Part shown: one piece after another, positions 54,401 through 64,000 of the stretch
Layout: each line of letters starts with the position of its first letter
Numbering within the stretch: position 1 is the first letter of the stretch
Assembly (NCBI GenBank): GCA_964016885.1
Contig: OZ024750.1
Coordinates: forward strand, 39,060,001 to 39,124,000
From: Eledone cirrhosa
Taxonomy: Eukaryota
Reading direction: 5' to 3'
DNA length: 64,000 bases
Position numbers and translations under genes: made by a program
The notes under the pieces: generated by a model
Database searches by the model: none
What the model saw: the letters and a program-made list of their open reading frames with translations, nothing else
Told to the model about the DNA's origin: nothing

Positions 54401-57050
54401 TGGTTCTTGTTAACTATTACCTGGGTACCTCTACGGTGACAGTGGTTCTTGTTAACTATTACCTGGGTACCTCTACGGTGACAGTGCTTCTTGTTAACTA
54501 TTACCTGGGTACCTCTACCTTGACAGTGCTTCTTGTTAACTATTACCTGGGTACCTCTAGGGTGACAGTGGTTCTTGTTAACTATTACCTGGGTACCTCT
54601 ACGATGACAGTGGTTCTTGTTAACTATTACCTGGATACCTCTACGATGACTGCTTCTTGTTAACTATTACCTGGGTACCTCTACAGTGACAGTGCTTCTT
54701 GTTAACTATTACCTGGGTACCTCTACGGTGACAGTGCTTCTTGTTAACTATTACCTGGGTACTTCTACGATGACAGTGGTTCTTGTTAACTATTACCTGG
54801 GTACCTCTACGGTGACAGTGCTTCTTGTTAACTATTACCTGGGTACCTCTACGGTGACAGTGCTTCTTGTTAACTATTACCTGGGTACCTCTACGGTGAC
54901 AGTGCTTCTTGTTAACTATTACCTGGGTACCTCTACGGTGACAGTGCTTCTTGTTAACTATTACCTGGGTACCTCTACGGTGACAGTGCTTCTTGTTAAC
55001 TATTACCTGGGTACCTCTACGGTGACAGTGCTTCTTGTTAACTATTACCTGGGTACCTCTACGGTGACAGTGCTTCTTGTTAACTATTACCTGGGTACCT
55101 CTACGGTGACAGTGGTTCTTGTTAACTATTACCTGGATACCTCTACGATGACTGCTTCTTGTTAACTATTACCTGGGTACCTCTACAGTGACAGTGCTTC
55201 TTGTTAACTATTACCTGGGTACCTCTACGGTGACAGTGCTTCTTGTTAACTATTACCTGGGTACCTCTACGATGACTGCTTCTTGTTAACTATTACCTGG
55301 GTACCTCTACGATGACTGCTTCTTGTTAACTATTACCTGGGTACCTCTACGGTGACAGTGGTTCTTGTTAACTATTACCTGTGTACCTCTATGGTGACAG
55401 TGCTTCTTGTTAACTATTACCTGGGTACCTCTACGATGACTGCTTCTTGTTAACTATTACCTGGGTACCTCTACGATGACTGCTTCTTGTTAACTATTAC
55501 CTGGGTAGCTCTACAGTGACAGTGCTTCTTGTTAACTATTACCTGGGTACCTCTACGGTGACAGTGCTTCTTGTTAACTATTACCTGGGTACCTCTACGG
55601 TGACAGTGCTTCTTGTTAACTATTACCTGGGTACCTCTACGGTGACAGTGCTTCTTGTTAACTATTACCTGGGTACCTCTACGGTGACAGTGGTTTTTGT
55701 TAACTATTACCTGGGTACCTCTACGGTGACAGTGGTTCTTGTTAACTATTACCTGGGTACCTCTACGGTGACAGTGGTTCTTGTTAACTATTACCTGGGT
55801 ACCTCTACGGTGACAGTGGTTCTTGTTAACTATTACCTGGGTACCTCTACGGTCACAGTGCTTCTTGTTAACTATTACCTGGGTACCTCTACGATGACAG
55901 TGCTTCTTGTTAACTATTACCTGGGTACCTCTACGATGACAGTGCTTCTTGTTAACTATTACCTGGGTACCTCTACGGTGACAGTGCTTCTTGTTAACTA
56001 TTACCTGGATACCTCTACGATGACTGCTTCTTGTTAACTATTACCTGGGTACCTCTACGGTGACAGTGCTTCTTGTTAACTATTACCTGGGTACCTCTAC
56101 GGTGACAGTGCTTCTTGTTAACTATTACCTGGGTACCTCTACGATGACTGCTTCTTGTTAACTATTACCTGGGTACCTCTACGGTGACAGTGCTTCTTGT
56201 TAACTATTACCTGGGTACCTCTACGGTGACAGTGCTTCTTGTTAACTATTACCTGGGTACCTCTACGATGACTGCTTCTTGTTAACTATTACCTGGGTAC
56301 CTGTACGATGACAGTGCTTCTTGTTAACTATTACCTGGGTACCTCTACGGTGACAGTGGTTCTTGTTAACTATTACCTGGGTACCTCTACGGTGACAGTG
56401 GTTCTTGTTAACTATTACCTGGGTACCTCTACGATGACAGTGGTTCTTGTTAACTATTACCTGGGTACCTCTACGGTGACAGTGCTTCTTGTTAACTATT
56501 ACCTGGGTACCTCTACGGTGACAGTGGTTCTTGTTAACTATTACCTGGGTACCTCTACGGTGACAGTGGTTCTTGTTAACTATTACCTGGGTACCTCTAC
56601 GGTGACAGTGGTTCTTGTTAACTATTACCTGGGTACCTCTACGATGACAGTGGTTCTTGTTAACTATTACCTGGGTACCTCTACGGTGACAGTGGTTCTT
56701 GTTAACTATGACCTGGGTACCTCTACGGTGACAGTGGTTCTTGTGAACTATTACCTGGGTACCTCTACGGTGACAGTGGTTCTTGTTAACTATGACCTGG
56801 GTACCTCTACACTGACAGTGGTTCTTGTGAACTATTACCTGGGTACCTCTACGGTGACAGTGGTTCTTGTTAACTATGACCTGGGTACCTCTACAGTGAC
56901 AGTGCTTCTTGTTAACTATTACCTGGGTACCTCTACAGTGACAGTGCTTCTTGTTAACTATTACCTGGGTACCTCTACGGTGACAGTGCTTCTTGTTAAC
57001 TATTACCTGGGTACCTCTACGGTGACAGTGGTTCTTGTTAACTATTACCT
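46770..57050. repeat. Near-tandem block duplication, offset 5414 bp (about 46770-51640 and 52185-57050)
   Basis: ORF pairs 46862/52276, 47356/52770, 48568/53982, 48938/54352, 49272/54686, 50102/55516 and 50894/56308. Confidence 0.93.
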
Positions 57051-57059
57051 GGGTACCTC

Positions 57060-60000
57060 TACGGTGACAGTGGTTCTTGTTAACTATTACCTGGGTACCT
57101 CTACGGTGACAGTGGTTCTTGTTAACTATTACCTGGGTACCTCTACGGTGACAGTGGTTCTTGTTAACTATTACCTGGGTACCTCTACGGTGACAGTGGT
57201 TCTTGTTAACTATTACCTGGGTACCTCTACGGTGACAGTGGTTCTTGTTAACTATTACCTGGGTACCTCTACGGTGACAGTGGTTCTTGTTAACTATTAC
57301 CTGGGTACCTCTACGATGACAGTGCTTCTTGTTAACTATTACCTGGGTACCTCTACGATGACAGTGCTTCTTGTTAACTATTACCTGGGTACCTCTACAG
57401 TGAGAGTGGTTCTTGTTAACTATTACCTGGTACCTTTACGGTGACAGTGCTTCTTGTTAACTATTACCTGGGTACCTCTACGGTGACAGTGGTTCTTGTT
57501 AACTATTAACTGTGTACCTCTATGGTGACAGTGCTTCTTGTTAACTATTACCTGGGTACCTCTACGGTGACAGTGGTTCTTGTTAACTATTAACTGGGTA
57601 CCTCTACGATGACTGCTTCTTGTTAACTATTACCTGGGTACCTCTACGATGACTGCTCCTTGTTAACTATTACCTGGGTACCTCTACGGTGACAGTGCTT
57701 CTTGTTAACTATTACCTGGGTACCTCTACGGTGACAGTGGTTCTTGTTAACTATTACCTGGGTACCTCTACGGTGACAGTGGTTCTTGTTAACTATTACC
57801 TGGGTACCTCTACGGTGACAGTGGTTCTTGTTAACTATTGCCTGGGTACCTCTACGGTGACAGTGCTTCTTGTTAACTATTACCTGGGTACCTCTACGGT
57901 GACAGTGCTTCTTGTTAACTATTACCTGGGTACCTCTACGGTGACAGTGCTTCTTGTTAACTATTACCTGGGTACCTCTACGGTGACAGTGGTTCTTGTT
58001 AACTATTACCTGGGTACCTCTACGATAACTGCTTCTTGTTAACTATTACCTGGGTACCTCTACGGTGACAGTGGTTCTTGTTAACTATTACCTGGGTACT
58101 TCTACGATGACAGTGGTTCTTGTTAACTATTACCTGGGTACCTCTACGGTGACAGTGGTTCTTGTTAACTATTACCTGGGTACCTCTACGGTGACAGTGC
58201 TTCTTGTTAACTATTACCTGGGTACCTCTACCTTGACAGTGCTTCTTGTTAACTATTACCTGGGTACCTCTAGGGTGACAGTGGTTCTTGTTAACTATTT
58301 CCTGGGTACCTCTACGATGACAGTGGTTCTTGTTAACTATTACCTGGATACCTCTACGATGACTGCTTCTTGTTAACTATTACCTGGGTACCTCTACAGT
58401 GACAGTGCTTCTTGTTAACTATTACCTGGGTACCTCTACGGTGACAGTGCTTCTTGTTAACTATTACCTGGGTACTTCTACGATGACAGTGGTTCTTGTT
58501 AACTATTACCTGGGTACCTCTACGGTGACAGTGTTTCTTGTTAACTATTACCTGGGTACCTCTACGGTGACAGTGCTTCTTGTTAACTATTACCTGGGTA
58601 CCTCTACGGTGACAGTGCTTCTTGTTAACTATTACCTGGGTACCTCTACGGTGACAGTGCTTCTTGTTAACTATTACCTGGGTACCTCTACGGTGACAGT
58701 GCTTCTTGTTAACTATTACCTGGGTACCTCTACGGTGACAGTGCTTCTTGTTAACTATTACCTGGGTACCTCTACGGTGACAGTGCTTCTTGTTAACTAT
58801 TACCTGGGTACCTCTACGGTGACAGTGGTTCTTGTTAACTATTACCTGGATACCTCTACGATGACTGCTTCTTGTTAACTATTACCTGGGTACCTCTACA
58901 GTGACAGTGCTTCTTGTTAACTATTACCTGGGTACCTCTACGGTGACAGTGCTTCTTGTTAACTATTACCTGGGTACCTCTACGATGACTGCTTCTTGTT
59001 AACTATTACCTGGGTACCTCTACGATGACTGCTTCTTGTTAACTATTACCTGGGTACCTCTACGGTGACAGTGGTTCTTGTTAACTATTACCTGTGTACC
59101 TCTATGGTGACAGTGCTTCTTGTTAACTATTACCTGGGTACCTCTACGATGACTGCTTCTTGTTAACTATTACCTGGGTACCTCTACGATGACTGCTTCT
59201 TGTTAACTATTACCTGGGTAGCTCTACAGTGACAGTGCTTCTTGTTAACTATTACCTGGGTACCTCTACGGTGACAGTGCTTCTTGTTAACTATTACCTG
59301 GGTACCTCTACGGTGACAGTGCTTCTTGTTAACTATTACCTGGGTACCTCTACGGTGACAGTGCTTCTTGTTAACTATTACCTGGGTACCTCTACGGTGA
59401 CAGTGGTTCTTGTTAACTATTACCTGGGTACCTCTACGGTGACAGTGGTTCTTGTTAACTATTACCTGGGTACCTCTGCGGTGACAGTGCTTCTTGTTAA
59501 CTATTACCTGGGTACCTCTACGGTGACAGTGGTTCTTGTTAACTATTACCTGGGTACCTCTACGGTGACAGTGGTTCTTGTTAACTATTACCTGGGTACC
59601 TCTACGATGACTGCTTCTTGTTAACTATTACCTGGGTACCTCTACGGTGACAGTGGTTCTTGTTAACTATTACCTGGGTACCTCTACGGTGACAGTGGTT
59701 CTTGTTAACTATTACCTGGGTACCTCTACGGTGACAGTGCTTCTTGTTAACTATTACCTGGGTACCTCTACGATGACAGTGCTTCTTGTTAACTATTACC
59801 TGGGTACCTCTACGATGACAGTGCTTCTTGTTAACTATTACCTGGGTACCTCTACGGTGACAGTGCTTCTTGTTAACTATTACCTGGGTACCTCTACGAT
59901 GACTGCTTCTTGTTAACTATTACCTGGGTACCTCTACGATGACAGTGCTTCTTGTTAACTATTACCTGGGTACCTCTACGGTGACAGTGGTTCTTGTTAA

Positions 60001-62795
60001 CTATTACCTGGGTACCTCTACGGTGACAGTGGTTCTTGTTAACTATTACCTGGGTACCTCTACGGTGACAGTGGTTCTTGTTAACTATTACCTGGGTACC
60101 TCTACGGTGACAGTGGTTCTTGTTAACTATTACCTGGGTACCTCTACGGTGACAGTGGTTCTTGTTAACTATTACCTGGGTACCTCTACGATGACAGTGC
60201 TTCTTGTTAACTATTACCTGGGTACCTCTACGATGACAGTGCTTCTTGTTAACTATTACCTGGGTACCTCTACAGTGAGAGTGGTTCTTGTTAACTATTA
60301 CCTGGTACCTTTACGGTGACAGTGCTTCTTGTTAACTATTACCTGGGTACCTCTACGGTGACAGTGGTTCTTGTTAACTATTAACTGTGTACCTCTATGG
60401 TGACAGTGCTTCTTGTTAACTATTACCTGGGTACCTCTACGGTGACAGTGGTTCTTGTTAACTATTAACTGGGTACCTCTACGATGACTGCTTCTTGTTA
60501 ACTATTACCTGGGTACCTCTACGATGACTGCTCCTTGTTAACTATTACCTGGGTACCTCTACGGTGACAGTGCTTCTTGTTAACTATTACCTGGGTACCT
60601 CTACGGTGACAGTGGTTCTTGTTAACTATTACCTGGGTACCTCTACGGTGACAGTGGTTCTTGTTAACTATTACCTGGGTACCTCTACGGTGACAGTGGT
60701 TCTTGTTAACTATTGCCTGGGTACCTCTACGGTGACAGTGCTTCTTGTTAACTATTACCTGGGTACCTCTACGGTGACAGTGCTTCTTGTTAACTATTAC
60801 CTGGGTACCTCTACGGTGACAGTGCTTCTTGTTAACTATTACCTGGGTACCTCTACGGTGACAGTGGTTCTTGTTAACTATTACCTGGGTACCTCTACGA
60901 TAACTGCTTCTTGTTAACTATTACCTGGGTACCTCTACGGTGACAGTGGTTCTTGTTAACTATTACCTGGGTACTTCTACGATGACAGTGGTTCTTGTTA
61001 ACTATTACCTGGGTACCTCTACGGTGACAGTGGTTCTTGTTAACTATTACCTGGGTACCTCTACGGTGACAGTGCTTCTTGTTAACTATTACCTGGGTAC
61101 CTCTACCTTGACAGTGCTTCTTGTTAACTATTACCTGGGTACCTCTAGGGTGACAGTGGTTCTTGTTAACTATTACCTGGGTACCTCTACGATGACAGTG
61201 GTTCTTGTTAACTATTACCTGGATACCTCTACGATGACTGCTTCTTGTTAACTATTACCTGGGTACCTCTACAGTGACAGTGCTTCTTGTTAACTATTAC
61301 CTGGGTACCTCTACGGTGACAGTGCTTCTTGTTAACTATTACCTGGGTACTTCTACGATGACAGTGGTTCTTGTTAACTATTACCTGGGTACCTCTACGG
61401 TGACAGTGTTTCTTGTTAACTATTACCTGGGTACCTCTACGGTGACAGTGCTTCTTGTTAACTATTACCTGGGTACCTCTACGGTGACAGTGCTTCTTGT
61501 TAACTATTACCTGGGTACCTCTACGGTGACAGTGCTTCTTGTTAACTATTACCTGGGTACCTCTACGGTGACAGTGCTTCTTGTTAACTATTACCTGGGT
61601 ACCTCTACGGTGACAGTGCTTCTTGTTAACTATTACCTGGGTACCTCTACGGTGACAGTGCTTCTTGTTAACTATTACCTGGGTACCTCTACGGTGACAG
61701 TGGTTCTTGTTAACTATTACCTGGATACCTCTACGATGACTGCTTCTTGTTAACTATTACCTGGGTACCTCTACAGTGACAGTGCTTCTTGTTAACTATT
61801 ACCTGGGTACCTCTACGGTGACAGTGCTTCTTGTTAACTATTACCTGGGTACCTCTACGATGACTGCTTCTTGTTAACTATTACCTGGGTACCTCTACGA
61901 TGACTGCTTCTTGTTAACTATTACCTGGGTACCTCTACGGTGACAGTGGTTCTTGTTAACTATTACCTGTGTACCTCTATGGTGACAGTGCTTCTTGTTA
62001 ACTATTACCTGGGTACCTCTACGATGACTGCTTCTTGTTAACTATTACCTGGGTACCTCTACGATGACTGCTTCTTGTTAACTATTACCTGGGTAGCTCT
62101 ACAGTGACAGTGCTTCTTGTTAACTATTACCTGGGTACCTCTACGGTGACAGTGCTTCTTGTTAACTATTACCTGGGTACCTCTACGGTGACAGTGCTTC
62201 TTGTTAACTATTACCTGGGTACCTCTACGGTGACAGTGCTTCTTGTTAACTATTACCTGGGTACCTCTACGGTGACAGTGGTTCTTGTTAACTATTACCT
62301 GGGTACCTCTACGGTGACAGTGGTTCTTGTTAACTATTACCTGGGTACCTCTGCGGTGACAGTGCTTCTTGTTAACTATTACCTGGGTACCTCTACGGTG
62401 ACAGTGGTTCTTGTTAACTATTACCTGGGTACCTCTACGGTGACAGTGGTTCTTGTTAACTATTACCTGGGTACCTCTACGATGACTGCTTCTTGTTAAC
62501 TATTACCTGGGTACCTCTACGGTGACAGTGGTTCTTGTTAACTATTACCTGGGTACCTCTACGGTGACAGTGGTTCTTGTTAACTATTACCTGGGTACCT
62601 CTACGGTGACAGTGCTTCTTGTTAACTATTACCTGGGTACCTCTACGATGACAGTGCTTCTTGTTAACTATTACCTGGGTACCTCTACGATGACAGTGCT
62701 TCTTGTTAACTATTACCTGGGTACCTCTACGGTGACAGTGCTTCTTGTTAACTATTACCTGGGTACCTCTACGATGACTGTTTCTTGTTAACTAT
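57060..62795. repeat. Tandem block duplication, period 2875 bp (partly also homologous to about 54250-55700 at -3713)
   Basis: ORF pairs 57689/60564, 58065/60940, 58399/61274, 59229/62104 and 59647/62522. Shared markers TATTGCC, GACTGCTCC and CTCTGCGG. Confidence 0.93.
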
Positions 62796-64000
62796 TACCT
62801 GGGTACCTCTACGGTGACAGTGCTTCTTGTTAACTATTACCTGGGTACCTCTACGGTGACAGTGCTTCTTGTTAACTATTACCTGGGTACCTCTACGATG
62901 ACTGCTTCTTGTTAACTATTACCTGGGTACCTCTACGGTGACAGTGCTTCTTGTTAACTATTACCTGGGTACCTCTACGGTGACAGTGCTTCTTGTTAAC
63001 TATTACCTGGGTACCTCTACGATGACTGCTTCTTGTTAACTATTACCTGGGTACCTGTACGATGACAGTGCTTCTTGTTAACTATTACCTGGGTACCTCT
63101 ACGGTGACAGTGGTTCTTGTTAACTATTACCTGGGTACCTCTACGGTGACAGTGGTTCTTGTTAACTATTACCTGGGTACCTCTACGATGACAGTGGTTC
63201 TTGTTAACTATTACCTGGGTACCTCTACGGTGACAGTGCTTCTTGTTAACTATTACCTGGGTACCTCTACGGTGACAGTGGTTCTTGTTAACTATTACCT
63301 GGGTACCTCTACGGTGACAGTGGTTCTTGTTAACTATTACCTGGGTACCTCTACGGTGACAGTGGTTCTTGTTAACTATTACCTGGGTACCTCTACGATG
63401 ACAGTGGTTCTTGTTAACTATTACCTGGGTACCTCTACGGTGACAGTGGTTCTTGTTAACTATGACCTGGGTACCTCTACAGTGACAGTGCTTCTTGTTA
63501 ACTATTACCTGGGTACCTCTACAGTGACAGTGCTTCTTGTTAACTATTACCTGGGTACCTCTACGGTGACAGTGCTTCTTGTTAACTATTACCTGGGTAC
63601 CTCTACGGTGACAGTGGTTCTTGTTAACTATTACCTGGGTACCTCTACAGTGACAGTGGTTCTTGTTAACTATTACCTGGGTACCTCTACGGTGACAGTG
63701 CTTCTTGTTAACTATTACCTGGGTATCTCTACGGTGACAGTGCTTCTTGTTAACTATTACCTGTGTACCTCTACAGTGAGAGTGGTTCTTGTTAACTATT
63801 ACCTGGGTACCTCTACGGTGACAGTGCTTCTTGTTAACTATTACCTGGGTATCTCTACGGTGACAGTGCTTCTTGTTAACTATTACCTGTGTACCTCTAC
63901 AGTGAGAGTGGTTCTTGTTAACTATTACCTGGGTACCTCTACGGTGACAGTGGTTCTTGTTAACTATTACCTGGGTACCTCTACGGTGACAGTGGTTCTT

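Larger units (their letters stand above)
1..64000. repeat. Satellite/minisatellite tandem array, 42-bp monomer AGTG[C/G]TTCTTGTTAACTATTACCTGGGTACCTCTACGGTGAC, about 1,500 copies, single orientation, extending past both window ends
   Basis: Bases 1-42 recur at 43-84 and onward to the window end. Most units differ from consensus by 0-2 bases. Each consensus unit carries GTTAAC (HpaI) and GGTACC (KpnI). The ORF track shows a 14-aa (42-nt) period throughout. Confidence 0.99.

Noticed and set aside
80-62791. About 90 plus-strand ORFs encoding (TVLLVNYYLGTSTV)n as a repetitive beta-rich or membrane protein family
   Set aside because: They arise because 42 is divisible by 3 and one frame lacks stops. 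Starts are internal GTG/ATG variants, ends are TAA variants or 1-2 bp deletions that were freely amplified, and there are no unique domains or regulatory context.
1-64000. CRISPR array
   Set aside because: The repeats are contiguous, with no unique spacers, leader or cas genes.
1-64000. Telomerase-type telomeric repeat
   Set aside because: The unit is longer than the telomerase repeats I know, there is no G-rich strand bias, and variants are inherited in kb blocks, indicating recombination or replication-based amplification. A subtelomeric location cannot be excluded.
1-64000. Pure artefact (rolling-circle or PCR concatemer, collapsed assembly, or synthetic data-storage DNA)
   Set aside because: Linked rare variants recur in hierarchically nested blocks with private differences and regional gradients, which fits an evolutionary history. 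Individual block copy numbers may still be mis-assembled.

Overview
The whole 64-kb window is one uninterrupted head-to-tail tandem array (about 1,500 units) of a 42-bp monomer, consensus AGTG[C/G]TTCTTGTTAACTATTACCTGGGTACCTCTACGGTGAC (about 45% GC; 15 T vs 8 A on the + strand). I see no genes, RNA genes, transposons, CRISPR spacers, inversions or unique flanks. All listed ORFs are translations of the repeat. The information lies in the variant pattern: (1) a C/G dimorphism kept throughout; (2) regional domains of monomer variants, including two different 40-bp deletion monomers, 41-bp and 39-bp monomers and an 82-bp dimer block; (3) nested, near-identical block duplications with irregular periods of about 0.6-8.2 kb instead of one fixed higher-order repeat; (4) CpG-type transitions; (5) one small foreign insertion present in four copies; and (6) marker sharing between distant blocks, suggesting layered expansion or long-range conversion. 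It is best read as a young, actively turning-over satellite, probably eukaryotic. I cannot assign a family, organism or function, and I found no supportable novel protein-coding system. Block periods come from rare markers and ORF-track offsets. Block boundaries were read by eye and are accurate to about 1-3 monomers.
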